Shown here: positions 1-9,983 of the stretch, one piece after another
Layout: the number at the start of each line of letters is the position of its first letter
Position numbering within the stretch: the first letter of the stretch is position 1
Virus record (IMG/VR): IMGVR_UViG_3300021963_000146
Coordinates: 1 to 59,029 of that record
Strand: one strand, 5' to 3'
DNA length: 59,029 nt
Source: a virus
Lineage: Duplodnaviria; Caudoviricetes
Notes under the pieces: generated by a model
The model's database searches: none
The model's input: the letters and a program-made list of their open reading frames with translations, nothing else
What the model was told of the DNA's origin: nothing
Translations under genes and position numbers: made by a program

Positions 1-2
1 AC

Positions 3-134
3 ATTCTTAAATTTGTCCACCTATGTAAAAAACATAACATTGACATTCCTATCATCGAGTTTGGTGTAGACGATATTGTTCGTTCAGACATCGTTGCTAG
101 AATTGTTAGGATGCTTATGGAGGAGAAACTTTAA
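3..134 (+). CDS. C-terminal fragment of a PhoH-like protein (5' truncated)
   Basis: The frame from nt 3 reads ILKFVHLCKKHNIDIPIIEFGVDDIVRSDIVARIVRMLMEEKL*. The F..DDIVRS.IV..I pattern resembles the PhoH C-terminus. The TAA overlaps the portal ATG (TAATG). Confidence 0.6.
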   Translation: MLKFVHLCKKHNIDIPIIEFGVDDIVRSDIVARIVRMLMEEKL

Positions 135-1765
135 TGGCAAACCTAACAACGACACCTTCAAAGGCTAAGACAAAGAGCCTAGGTGATCCTAATGCTGCAT
201 ACGAGTCTATGCGTCCCTTATGGGAGCGAGCTAGAGCAGTATTAAACGGTCAAACACATGCACGAGCATATGATGATACGATTGACTTAGTAACATATAA
301 CAATTTGTTGCTCCCTTTCTCTCCTACAATGAGTCCTCAACAGTACAACTTCTATCGTGCTGAGGGTGAGTTGCCTGGTTTGACTGCACAGTACGCTAAA
401 GTACTTGTGGGTGGATTGCTACGTAAGCAAGCTAGCATGGAGATCCCAGACAATATGTTTCCTGAAGGAACTGAAGACTGGATCCGTAATTCTTTTGGCT
501 CTGATGGTACTTCATTACATGGCTTCTTAGATGCTGCTATTTGGGAAGAGCTTCAAAGCTCACGAGCATGGTGTCTAGTAGACTACCCTACAGTAGCTAA
601 TCCAGATGCTCTCACTATGGAAGAGGCTAAAGCCTTGTCACCATATGTGATGCTTATTCAGGCAGAGAACATTATTAATTGGCGTAGAGGTCAAGACCGT
701 AATACTAATAAACAAGTACTTACAAGTCTTTTATTCCGCTACTACATGGAAGACTACACTAAAAATGAATTCCATCCAGACTATGTAGATACAGTTACAC
801 ACTACTACCTTGATGAGTCAGGATTGTTAGTAGTAGACACATACACAAAAGATACTAATGAGAGCATTAACGTTATTAATGGTAACGTAACCTCTAAGTA
901 TCAAGTAGACAATGCTAATGCAGCATGGACAAAGACACGTACAGAAGTACCATTAATGAATGGTGAACGTATGAACTTTATTCCAGCATATCCATTAAAT
1001 GGTCAGATTGATCCTGTAGAACCTATTCTGCAGTCTTTAATTGATCGTGAGATTGCTTTGTATAATAAAATCAGCCGTCGTAATCACTTGCTTTATGGTG
1101 CTGCTACTTACACTCCAGTAGTCATGTCAGATATGACTGATGAGGAGTTTGATACTATTGTTTCAGCTGGCTTAGGCTCATGGATTAAGCTTCGTGCTGG
1201 AGACGATATTAAAGCACTAGATACACCTACAGGTGCATTAAAAGATATGGAGGCAAGTATTGCCGCTACTATCGAAGAGATGGCTCGTATGGGCATTCGT
1301 ATGCTTTCACCTGAGGGTTCTTCAGGAGAGTCTGGTGTTAGCTTAGAGATCCGTAATGCTGCTCAAACAGCACAACTCGGTATGCTCAATACTCGTATCT
1401 CAGAGACAATGAGACAGATTATTGCTGTAATGCTTAAGTGGAAATACAACGTAGATATTCTTCCAACTGATATTAATTTCACACTCAGTGCTGACTTTAA
1501 TCCTACACCAGTAGGCGCAGACTGGATGAGGCTCGTTACAGAGTGGTACCAACAAGGTATTATTCCACGTTCAACATTTATATCTATTGCTAAGTTCAAT
1601 GACGTATTACCTTCAGAGTACAACGATGAAGATGGCGTAGCAGAAATCCAGAGTGATCCGCTTGTAGACACAAAAGCTATGAGCATCGATTCTTCTATCT
1701 CTGATACTGACAATTTACGTCCTGACAACAATAGAGACGACAATAACGATAACCAAGCCGTATAA
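134..1765 (+). CDS. Portal protein (DUF4055-like siphophage portal)
   Basis: 543 aa with a GGAGG RBS. Motifs AENIINWR and ESGVSLEIR, an acidic C-tail, and position ahead of the MuF, scaffold and capsid genes. Confidence 0.85.
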   Translation: MANLTTTPSKAKTKSLGDPNAAYESMRPLWERARAVLNGQTHARAYDDTIDLVTYNNLLLPFSPTMSPQQYNFYRAEGELPGLTAQYAKVLVGGLLRKQASMEIPDNMFPEGTEDWIRNSFGSDGTSLHGFLDAAIWEELQSSRAWCLVDYPTVANPDALTMEEAKALSPYVMLIQAENIINWRRGQDRNTNKQVLTSLLFRYYMEDYTKNEFHPDYVDTVTHYYLDESGLLVVDTYTKDTNESINVINGNVTSKYQVDNANAAWTKTRTEVPLMNGERMNFIPAYPLNGQIDPVEPILQSLIDREIALYNKISRRNHLLYGAATYTPVVMSDMTDEEFDTIVSAGLGSWIKLRAGDDIKALDTPTGALKDMEASIAATIEEMARMGIRMLSPEGSSGESGVSLEIRNAAQTAQLGMLNTRISETMRQIIAVMLKWKYNVDILPTDINFTLSADFNPTPVGADWMRLVTEWYQQGIIPRSTFISIAKFNDVLPSEYNDEDGVAEIQSDPLVDTKAMSIDSSISDTDNLRPDNNRDDNNDNQAV

Positions 1766-1795
1766 CAGGGACATCCTTGATGTAGTTGTTATGCG
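1759..1795 (+). promoter_or_regulatory. Intergenic stem-loop with an internal loop upstream of the MuF-RNAP RBS
   Basis: CGTATAACA pairs with TGTTATGCG (one G-U). The inner ACATC/GATGT stem closes a CTT loop. There is no U-tract. Confidence 0.5.
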
Positions 1796-1811
1796 ACATT
1801 AAGGAGTTCAA

Positions 1812-4800
1812 ATGCCCACACCAATTAATACTGATCTCTATGATCGTATTATTCAGCACTTAGCTGATACAAGGCTATATGAATTAGAGACATCAACGAA
1901 TGTTTCAAGAGGTATCCGTAGGCATCAAAAGAGGCTTAGGGATATCCTAAAATCAAATATTAAAGCAGACGTTAAACCAGAGATAACAAGGGCTACTCGT
2001 GAATTACACATGATTGTGGATAATTCAGTTACTGACTATGCAGGAGCCGCAGTAAACTTTCATACTAATAACTTAGATAAGAGTACTGGGTCTTTCTTTA
2101 GAGTTCAACGACCAAAGGCTAGTGATGCTATTCCAAATTTAATTGGACCTAACATTACTGCATCTAAAACTCTTAGACAACACTTTGATGCTATTGGCAG
2201 TGGAGAGTTAGCTAGGATAGATGGAAAAGTAAAGTCTGGTTTAGCTGATGGAAAGTCAACTAATCAAATTCTAGATGAAGTCATTCGTACTACTGCACTT
2301 ACTGAAGTACAGGCTAAAGTTCTAGTAAGAACCGCTATTACAAATACACAGTCCACTGCAATGAATATTGTAATGAACCGTAATAACGAAATTCTTGCTG
2401 GATACCGCTTTACTGCTGTGTTAGACAATCGTACATCACCTATTTGTGCGCACCATGATGGTGAAATCTATAAGATTGATGATCTAAGGTTTCGTCCACC
2501 ATTGCATTGGAATTGCCGTAGCTCAATGGTTCCTATTCTAAAGAATAAAGAACAACTACTAAAGTCTTTAGAGGAAACTCCAGACAGTAGACTTAAGGCT
2601 AACAAGCTTAAAGAGGCTAATCCCATTGCTCTTGATGGTGGTGCTCCTCCAGTAGAGACTTACAGTATTTGGCTTAAACGTCAACCTATGGCTGTTCAAG
2701 TTAAACACCTTGGTAGTGAAGAAAAGGCTGGATTGCTACAAAAGGGTGCTTTAGATGTTAAAGCATTTACTACTACAAAAGGTAATCAGCTTAGTATTGC
2801 GGCATTAAGGAAACTTGATAACGCTAGAACACTATGGTTTCCTACTAGACAGACTGTTGTTAGTAAAGCTGAGGAAAACTTATTCCAGCTAAACGTAGCC
2901 AGACCAAATGAATTGTTACGAAATACAGAGGCTCAAAGGCAACTTAGAGAAATGTATATTGCTGACTCAGATAATGTGGCTCAGGCTATCTCATTAACAG
3001 ACTATCGTGGTACTACACTTGCAGGAAAAAGATCTGTACGTGTTCGATCTAACAATGAGTTTGATGAACGTAATAACAGCTTTGACCCCTTTACAGGAGA
3101 GCAGAGTTCTACGTTATTATATGATCCTGACTACATTACATTACAAGAGCGACTTGATTTTGTTAAGAACTCAAAGGTTCTCTCTCAAGATCAAAAGATA
3201 TGGATTAGAGACTTTGTAGAAAGCTTAGATGAGTCAGTCTCTGTTAATCAACAGACTGCTGTAGCTGAGAACTTGCGTGTTGTATTTGAACGATACAATA
3301 ACGATAAGCAACCTTGGGTTAACTTCATGAATGTTGTTCGTGGAGAAATGCAATACTCTGTAGTCAATACTAGTCGTATTCTTGATCGTAGATCTAGGGC
3401 TAGGTCGCAATTGTTTGACAATTATGGCGTTGCTGGAGAGCCAGCTAAGGTTCAGATCTTTGGTAAATACTATTCATTTGATGAGATAGTTAACAAGACA
3501 TTAGAGAATCAACGATATACAGATGCTTGGTCAGAGAGACATGGAAGGCCGCTAGCTAGGAAGATATTGTATACAGGTAGAACTCCTCTATACACTTGGT
3601 TTAAAGGACCTCTAACAAGAGACTCAAAATCATTTAGTAAGAAGTTAGAGACATTTGTAAGAGAAGAAATTCCTGGTGGTGCTTTATGGCTAGACAGAAA
3701 TAAACCTAAAGAGGGTTTAATAGAAAAATATATTAGAGAGAAGAGAGAAGATCTTCGGAAAATTCTAGATCTTGAGTTTCTTTATCGTGGTAATAAACAA
3801 AGCTATACACAACAATTTATTGAGTCTAGGACTAACGATAAATTTGTTATTGATTCTTTGTCAAGAGTGTTATCAGTAGTGGCAGATGGAAAATCTACTG
3901 ACTATGATACACTAGCTATTAACATTGGTAAAGAATTAAGAAGTAACTGGAAGTATCCAGAATTTCCTTTCTTTAAATCAACATTAAAGGACTATCACTC
4001 AGATGGTTCAGAGATTCTTACTGCACTGAAAGATTCAGGCTACATTCGTGTAGTTAAACGTGGTAAGACCAGACGTTCAGTTGTTGACCTTGAAACAGGT
4101 CGTGCAAGTGGACCTTGGAGAGATACAATTAGTCGTGAGGTTCAAATCCTAGACAAGGATATGCTTGATCTTCAAAGAACTAATAGAGCATTGATTGTAA
4201 GTCAACGAATTGGTATTAACAACAATAGAGACAAACTCTATGTTAGACCAGGCGAGAAAACTTATTTTGATGCTAGAGGTAAGAATACAGGAATTACTGT
4301 TATTACTCGTAGGGCTAATGCTAACTACGATAAACTATTAATTGATAAAGATTTTGCTGATATGCTTAATCACACTATGTCAGTTCAATATGAAGTTGAC
4401 AATGAGTTTGCTGGATTCATGGAAGATGTTGTACGCTTTAGAGATCCCCGTGGGAACGTAAAGAAGTATGATGACTTAAATGACTTTAGAAAACTTATCT
4501 TGACTCGTGGAGATCAAGGATACAGTTTGATTCAGACAGTAAAGTATCATAGGGATACAGGTAAACCATTTAGTGTAGTTGCTAATATCGATGGTCGTGG
4601 ACGTGTCTACTACCAAGGATTCTTAACACCCACAGGTGGTGAAGTTGTTCGTCCATTCTTAAATACCGCTAAGGCAGAGGTTGCTACACCTGAGATTGTT
4701 CAGGAGTTAATGATTCAAACTGGTTCTATGTTAGGTCCAGCAACAGAGGCATTAACACAAGCAGGTCGAATGGAAATCTTTATGAGGAATCAGAAGGATG

Positions 4801-6233
4801 TACTAAGCTTAGGTAGACTCATGAGAGAAACTACACAGCGTGACAGACGTATTAGGGACTTCTTAGAACACCCTATTGTTCGTTCGCAAGAGGCTGAAGA
4901 GATTCCAAAGATTGCTAGATTAGCTATTGAGTATGCTCGGATATACGATCATGTCAATGGTGACTTTACTAACTTGAAAAAGTTATCAACATATAAAACA
5001 AAATTGATGATTGAGAATGATGCTTCATCCTCAGGTGCTCAGATCATTGGATTGAGTACAGGAGATAGAAGTATTTCAATCAACTCGAATGTGTTACCTA
5101 CACTACAGAAGAATCGATTGTATGACTTAGTTGCTATGGATACAGTGTCTGATCCAGAGTTCCAAAAGATACAAGGATTAAGAGAAGCTAATATTCAGTG
5201 GACAGACTTACAGAAGGCTGCTAAAGCACAGAATATGGTGTCATTCTATGGTGCTGGTAAAGCAACACAGGCGGCTAATATTGAGGCTAAATTTGCTTCA
5301 GTGTTAGAGACAAAAGGATATACTGTTGTTACTCGTGAAGAACTTCGTGGAGTAACTAATATTATAGATGCAAAGATTAAAGACGCAGATAGGCTAGGAG
5401 CCGATAATGTCGTGTTTGGTCTGAAACAATTAAAACGTGAGTTGAATGAGGTAGTTGAAGGTGAAACCCCTGTGGGGCAAGAACTTTTAGCTCATGCTCG
5501 TGATTCTCACCCAGACGTAGAAGCGTTTGTCGATAAGTTAATGAATGCTCGTAAGGGACTAATTGGTCCTCAAGACTTTAAAGCTGTATCTGAGATCATG
5601 TCTCAGAAACTAGCTGAACGAGCACCAGTAACACAAAAATTCGTACAATTCTGGAAAGTAGCTGCTAAAGCTTACGTTGATGAAACTCAGAAGGTCGATG
5701 TACCTTGGGTAACATTTGATGGTAAGACTTTATACCAGAGATACAGACCTAAAATCCAAACTAGCATTGAGTTCTATGACAAAGAGGCTGGTAGGATGGT
5801 CCGTAACATTTACGAAGATCGAGCAGAAGATGCTTCACTTCTAGGAAAATCAAGCTTGATGAGAGCTGGTATTGGCATGGGGGTTAATGGTAACCACATG
5901 AATGATGCCTCTATTGTTAGAAGATTCCATTTATGGGGTCGTAAAAACGGTATTGAAACCGCTACGATTCATGATGCTTTCTTCACAAACATCGGACTTG
6001 CAGCTAAGTCAAAGGTAGCCCTTAGAGAAATTTATGCGGATGCCCTTGAAGGTGATACAATAGAAAAAACTTTACTTGCTCTCAGAGAAGAAGGGTTGTC
6101 GAAAGCAACCTATAATTCTTTAAGACAAAAGGCTATTGAGGATGGCTTAATAAATCCTCGAAACAAAATTACGAGAAAAGATATACTAGCTCCTATTCCG
6201 AAGGGAATGGATTGGTATGGCATTGGACCGTAA
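1812..6233 (+). CDS. MuF (SPP1 gp7-like) head morphogenesis domain fused to a T7-family single-subunit RNA polymerase; putative virion RNAP
   Basis: N-terminus: AKVLVRT...FTAVLDNRTSPICAHHDG...PPLHWNCRS (MuF signature). C-terminus: DGRGR (aa 927), motif A ENDASSSGAQ (D1070), motif B KAQNMVSFYG (K1138/Y1146), NGNHMND, and motif C TIHDAF (H1387/D1388). One uninterrupted ORF with an AAGGAG RBS. Confidence 0.92.
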   Translation: MPTPINTDLYDRIIQHLADTRLYELETSTNVSRGIRRHQKRLRDILKSNIKADVKPEITRATRELHMIVDNSVTDYAGAAVNFHTNNLDKSTGSFFRVQRPKASDAIPNLIGPNITASKTLRQHFDAIGSGELARIDGKVKSGLADGKSTNQILDEVIRTTALTEVQAKVLVRTAITNTQSTAMNIVMNRNNEILAGYRFTAVLDNRTSPICAHHDGEIYKIDDLRFRPPLHWNCRSSMVPILKNKEQLLKSLEETPDSRLKANKLKEANPIALDGGAPPVETYSIWLKRQPMAVQVKHLGSEEKAGLLQKGALDVKAFTTTKGNQLSIAALRKLDNARTLWFPTRQTVVSKAEENLFQLNVARPNELLRNTEAQRQLREMYIADSDNVAQAISLTDYRGTTLAGKRSVRVRSNNEFDERNNSFDPFTGEQSSTLLYDPDYITLQERLDFVKNSKVLSQDQKIWIRDFVESLDESVSVNQQTAVAENLRVVFERYNNDKQPWVNFMNVVRGEMQYSVVNTSRILDRRSRARSQLFDNYGVAGEPAKVQIFGKYYSFDEIVNKTLENQRYTDAWSERHGRPLARKILYTGRTPLYTWFKGPLTRDSKSFSKKLETFVREEIPGGALWLDRNKPKEGLIEKYIREKREDLRKILDLEFLYRGNKQSYTQQFIESRTNDKFVIDSLSRVLSVVADGKSTDYDTLAINIGKELRSNWKYPEFPFFKSTLKDYHSDGSEILTALKDSGYIRVVKRGKTRRSVVDLETGRASGPWRDTISREVQILDKDMLDLQRTNRALIVSQRIGINNNRDKLYVRPGEKTYFDARGKNTGITVITRRANANYDKLLIDKDFADMLNHTMSVQYEVDNEFAGFMEDVVRFRDPRGNVKKYDDLNDFRKLILTRGDQGYSLIQTVKYHRDTGKPFSVVANIDGRGRVYYQGFLTPTGGEVVRPFLNTAKAEVATPEIVQELMIQTGSMLGPATEALTQAGRMEIFMRNQKDVLSLGRLMRETTQRDRRIRDFLEHPIVRSQEAEEIPKIARLAIEYARIYDHVNGDFTNLKKLSTYKTKLMIENDASSSGAQIIGLSTGDRSISINSNVLPTLQKNRLYDLVAMDTVSDPEFQKIQGLREANIQWTDLQKAAKAQNMVSFYGAGKATQAANIEAKFASVLETKGYTVVTREELRGVTNIIDAKIKDADRLGADNVVFGLKQLKRELNEVVEGETPVGQELLAHARDSHPDVEAFVDKLMNARKGLIGPQDFKAVSEIMSQKLAERAPVTQKFVQFWKVAAKAYVDETQKVDVPWVTFDGKTLYQRYRPKIQTSIEFYDKEAGRMVRNIYEDRAEDASLLGKSSLMRAGIGMGVNGNHMNDASIVRRFHLWGRKNGIETATIHDAFFTNIGLAAKSKVALREIYADALEGDTIEKTLLALREEGLSKATYNSLRQKAIEDGLINPRNKITRKDILAPIPKGMDWYGIGP

Positions 6234-6299
6234 GAGTTTAAGTTTGTAACTAAACCCTAATAAATTAAAATTAAATGGCTGTGCCAAAGGAAAATAAAG

Positions 6300-6995
6300 A
6301 TGAAAGTAGATAAGTTCGGAAACAAAGAGTTCCTCGATGATGGCAACACACCCAACCCAGAGTTTAAAGCTGATGAGGTTGATAATGGTGGTGGAGGTGC
6401 TAACAATAAAGATACAGAAGACATGATCAATCGTATGGTTGAAGAGCGTCTCTCTAAAATCAAACTAAGTTTAGATAAAGCTTACCAAGAGCGAGACAAT
6501 GCTGTTAAAGAGCGTGTCCGACTGGAAGACGAAGCTAAACAACGTAAGATGAAATCTTTGGAGGACGAAGGTAAGCATAAAGAAGTTGCTGAGATGAAGC
6601 TCGCAGAACTCACTGAAAAGCTTGCGTTAGCCGAAGGCAAAGTAACTGAACTCACTCGAGATGGTGCGGTTCGTAATGCATTAACTGGTCTTGATTTCCG
6701 TAATGACCGATCTGGCCAAATGGCCTATCGTGATATTATCGATCAACTCATCCAAGATCCAGAGACTGGTGCATGGATTCACAAATCTGGTGTATCAATC
6801 AAGGATTTTGTAGGACAATATGTAAAGAATGAAGATAATTCTTTCCTATTTAAACCTAAATCTAATTCAGGGGGTGGTAGTAACAATATGAACGGTACTC
6901 CCAAACTCGATCCCAACAAGAAGATTACTGACATGACTACTGAAGAAGTGCTTGCACTTGCTGCAGGAGGCAAACTAGGTAACTTCACCCTTTAA
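6300..6995 (+). CDS. Capsid scaffolding protein
   Basis: Charged coiled-coil protein with FLFKPKSNSGGGS near the C-terminus, directly before the capsid gene. Confidence 0.75.
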   Translation: MKVDKFGNKEFLDDGNTPNPEFKADEVDNGGGGANNKDTEDMINRMVEERLSKIKLSLDKAYQERDNAVKERVRLEDEAKQRKMKSLEDEGKHKEVAEMKLAELTEKLALAEGKVTELTRDGAVRNALTGLDFRNDRSGQMAYRDIIDQLIQDPETGAWIHKSGVSIKDFVGQYVKNEDNSFLFKPKSNSGGGSNNMNGTPKLDPNKKITDMTTEEVLALAAGGKLGNFTL

Positions 6996-7015
6996 AATCA
7001 TAGGAGATTTTTTAA

Positions 7016-8110
7016 ATGATTAATCATACAATGTTCCAAAACGTAGCTATTGCTATTTCTGCATACGCTGATGAAATGTACACAAACGCCAAGAAGCTTA
7101 ACAGCACTGGTATTGTTGGTACAGATGCCCGTATCGACCCAACAGGCGAGAGCTTCATTGGTCAAATGCGCTGGTACAAACCTTTGGCAGCTAACATTAA
7201 CGTTGCTAGCTTGTCTGTTTCTAACGCTGGTAATTACACTGACGTGTCTACCGAAATTGCTGACTACATTAAAACAGTCCGTACCTTTGGTTCACAACAA
7301 GTTAACCTCCAGCAAATCGTCTCTCAACAAGATGGTCTGTCTAAGATTGCCCGTGACTTCTCTGAAGTTCGTAGCCAAGACGAATCTGACGCTATTGTGT
7401 CTACACTCAAAGGTGTAGCCGCTTACGAAGTTTCTCGTGGCGCTGGTATTGTTGACTACACCACAGACGCTGATGGCGCTGGTGTTGGTAACTTCGTTGA
7501 CATTAACGCTGCTGGTACCTTTGGTGCTGCTGCTGCTACGTCTGCATCTGATCAGCGTAAACTGTTTGATGCTACAGCTATTGGTGCTGCCCGTGGTCAA
7601 CGCTTGTTCCAAGCTCTTGGCATGGCATTCAAGGACTATGAGCCTGACTTCATGTACATGATCACTTCTCCAGAAGTTTTGGCTGAACTCCGTGCCGCTA
7701 ACTTGGTTGACGTGACAACTGTTACCGATGGTAACTTGACATTCCAAACCGTGTTCGGTGGTAAATTCCGTTTGATCTTGAGCCGTGTTGCTCAAGGCGA
7801 CTTGTCTGCTTCTGCTAACGTGAATGATCGTTCTACAAAGACTACATTCATCTGCAAACCAGGTGCTATCAGCTTTACAAACATTGCTGTTCCTACACCT
7901 GTTGAAGTTGACCGTGATGCGGCTTCTTACACTGGTGGTGGCTCTACCTCTATTTGGTATCGTTATGGCTTCGTGGCTCACCCAATGGGCTATGACTGGG
8001 CTGGCGCTACTAACGCATTCGCTACTAATGCCAACTTTGCAACCGCTGGTTCATGGGCACGTAAGATGAGTGCATTGAATTTGGGTATTCTGCCTATTCT
8101 CCACGCTTAA
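7016..8110 (+). CDS. Major capsid protein
   Basis: 364 aa after the scaffold with an AGGAG RBS and highly biased codon usage. The C-terminal PVEVDRDA...GGGST...HPMGYDW pattern is typical of siphophage coat proteins. Confidence 0.85.
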   Translation: MINHTMFQNVAIAISAYADEMYTNAKKLNSTGIVGTDARIDPTGESFIGQMRWYKPLAANINVASLSVSNAGNYTDVSTEIADYIKTVRTFGSQQVNLQQIVSQQDGLSKIARDFSEVRSQDESDAIVSTLKGVAAYEVSRGAGIVDYTTDADGAGVGNFVDINAAGTFGAAAATSASDQRKLFDATAIGAARGQRLFQALGMAFKDYEPDFMYMITSPEVLAELRAANLVDVTTVTDGNLTFQTVFGGKFRLILSRVAQGDLSASANVNDRSTKTTFICKPGAISFTNIAVPTPVEVDRDAASYTGGGSTSIWYRYGFVAHPMGYDWAGATNAFATNANFATAGSWARKMSALNLGILPILHA

Positions 8111-8127
8111 TCCATTAGGAGGAACTG

Positions 8128-8625
8128 ATGGCACTAGTCCTAGGTACAAACACATATGTAACTATGGTCGAGGCTGACGCATACTTTGATACTCGCATTG
8201 ATGCGGGTGCATGGTTAAATGCAGATGACGATGACCAAGAGTCAGCATTAGTGACTGCAACTCTTTTACTTGATGAAAATCAATTTATTGGTGTTGCTGT
8301 CAGTTCCACACAGAGTCTTGCGTGGCCTCGTAAAGGGGCTTCAACTTTTGATCCCCGATTGGGACAATCGATTACTTACGGTGAATCTGAAATTCCAAAA
8401 AGAATGAAGAGTGCTGTGCTAGAAATGGCATATCATTTATTGTCTAATGAAAACTTGTTAGATAACAAATCTCAAAACTTTGAAGAAATTTCAATCGGTA
8501 CTATTACATTGAAAGATAGTAATAACGACACTACTAGAACACCTATGGTGCCTAGTCTTGTTAAGAAGTACTTAAAACCACTATTAATTAATCAGGGTTC
8601 ATCCCAGTGGTGGAGGGCAAATTAA
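8128..8625 (+). CDS. Head-tail adaptor (DnaT-like phage family)
   Basis: NTYVTMVEADAYF and QSLAWPR motifs; first gene after the capsid. Confidence 0.75.
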   Translation: MALVLGTNTYVTMVEADAYFDTRIDAGAWLNADDDDQESALVTATLLLDENQFIGVAVSSTQSLAWPRKGASTFDPRLGQSITYGESEIPKRMKSAVLEMAYHLLSNENLLDNKSQNFEEISIGTITLKDSNNDTTRTPMVPSLVKKYLKPLLINQGSSQWWRAN

Positions 8626-8970
8626 ATGTCTCTCAAATCAAAAGTGCAACAATCCGTAGATACTGCCTTTACTAAACTAAAGGATCTTTCGGTAACAGCT
8701 ACTTTTGACAATAAGATCGTCAGTGGTTTTAATTTTGCCACTGGTTCGATTACGAAAACAGATCAAGCATATACGACACAAGGTTTTCTTACCGCAAGTA
8801 AGAGCTATGAGTCTGGTATTCCTGTGACTACAACAACACTCACAATTAAAAATAATGCTACAATAAACTTTAGTAGATACTCTAGGGTAACTATTAATTC
8901 CGTTGAATACGGATGTAACATTGTCTCTAAGGATGATTTCATTGTTGTACTATCTTTAGCAGGAGTATGA
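8626..8970 (+). CDS. Putative head-closure protein
   Basis: 114-aa beta-rich ORF; call rests on synteny only. Confidence 0.5.
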   Translation: MSLKSKVQQSVDTAFTKLKDLSVTATFDNKIVSGFNFATGSITKTDQAYTTQGFLTASKSYESGIPVTTTTLTIKNNATINFSRYSRVTINSVEYGCNIVSKDDFIVVLSLAGV

Positions 8971-8971
8971 T

Positions 8972-9379
8972 ATGAATATGTATAGTAATTTAAAGTCAGA
9001 CATATATGGGGTATTTGCCTCAAGCACATGGACAGCTACGGGATATAAAGCATATCCTTCAAACTACAGTGGAGAGATAAACTCTACTAGTTCTTTTATT
9101 AGGATTAGTATTTTACCAGGAAACGGTACAGTAGAAAGTCATGGGCTTAAGAAAAAATTCTCAGGTATGTTAATACTATCGATCTTTGTCAAGGCAGGTA
9201 ATGGTGATTCGGAATTGTTCACTATTGCCGATACTATAGATTCTTTCTTTCAAGGTAAGACTTTGACAAATGGAACTCAATTTGGCGCAAGCACGCTTAT
9301 GCAGCTTGGCCCTGACCTCGCAGATAAATCACTTTATCGTGGGGACTATTCAATAAATTTTAAAGCTTATGGAGATTAA
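8972..9379 (+). CDS. Putative tail terminator/completion protein
   Basis: GMLILSIFVKAGNG...ADTIDSFF pattern; lies just before the tail tube gene. Confidence 0.6.
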   Translation: MNMYSNLKSDIYGVFASSTWTATGYKAYPSNYSGEINSTSSFIRISILPGNGTVESHGLKKKFSGMLILSIFVKAGNGDSELFTIADTIDSFFQGKTLTNGTQFGASTLMQLGPDLADKSLYRGDYSINFKAYGD

Positions 9380-9384
9380 AACAC

Positions 9385-9936
9385 ATGGCACATATTACAT
9401 CTATTGGCGCTGGTATTTATTCTGCTCTCGCAGTTAATACTACCGCTATTACTAACATCACTTCTGCTGACACATTAGCAGAATTGGTAGCTCTTTTTGC
9501 TGATGACACATCGTTCAAAGAAGTTAAGAACGTTCGTGAATTCCCACAAATTGGTACACCCGCTAACATTGTTAACGTACCTGTTTATGGTTCAGCAACC
9601 TCACAACAAATCCAAGGTCAATCTGACGCTCCTAACCTCGAAATCACGATTAACTACGTGCCTTCCGAGTGGGACCCTACTGTTGTAGGCGGTTTGGGCG
9701 GTAAAATTGGTGATGGTAAGCAATACGCTTTCCAATTCTCTTTGCTCAACTCTAAGCCTGCAAGTTTGGAAACAAACGCAACTGGTTTGGGTGCTGGCGC
9801 TAACTCTAACTTCTACTTCGTTGGTAAGTTGGAAGCTTTGTTGGTCAGCCCACAGTTGACAGATGCTAACCAAGCAACATTGACTTTGTCTGTTCAGAGT
9901 CAGTTCTACGGTCCTGCTACTGTAGCTGCGGTCTAA
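9385..9936 (+). CDS. Major tail (tube) protein
   Basis: NVREFPQIGTPANIVNVPVYG...QIQGQSDAP motif, high-expression codon bias and synteny. Confidence 0.8.
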   Translation: MAHITSIGAGIYSALAVNTTAITNITSADTLAELVALFADDTSFKEVKNVREFPQIGTPANIVNVPVYGSATSQQIQGQSDAPNLEITINYVPSEWDPTVVGGLGGKIGDGKQYAFQFSLLNSKPASLETNATGLGAGANSNFYFVGKLEALLVSPQLTDANQATLTLSVQSQFYGPATVAAV

Positions 9937-9941
9937 GAACT

Positions 9942-9961
9942 AGGGGTCTCGTACCCCTTTT
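9942..9961 (+). terminator. Probable intrinsic terminator after the tail tube gene
   Basis: AGGGGT-CTCGT-ACCCCT followed by a short T run. Confidence 0.55.
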
Positions 9962-9983
9962 ACCAGGGGACGCTAAAGAGAGA
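9959..9983 (+). promoter_or_regulatory. Putative phage RNAP promoter, class B, copy 1
   Basis: TTTACCAGGGGACGCTAAAGAGAGA is identical to 26254-26278, is intergenic, and resembles the SP6 promoter core (AGGTGACACTATAG). Confidence 0.75.

Noticed and set aside
1137-1160. Other CTGATGA heptamers (e.g. 1137, 46720, 49985) as additional hammerheads
   Set aside because: None is followed by a stem II plus GAAA and a closing stem. All lie in coding sequence.
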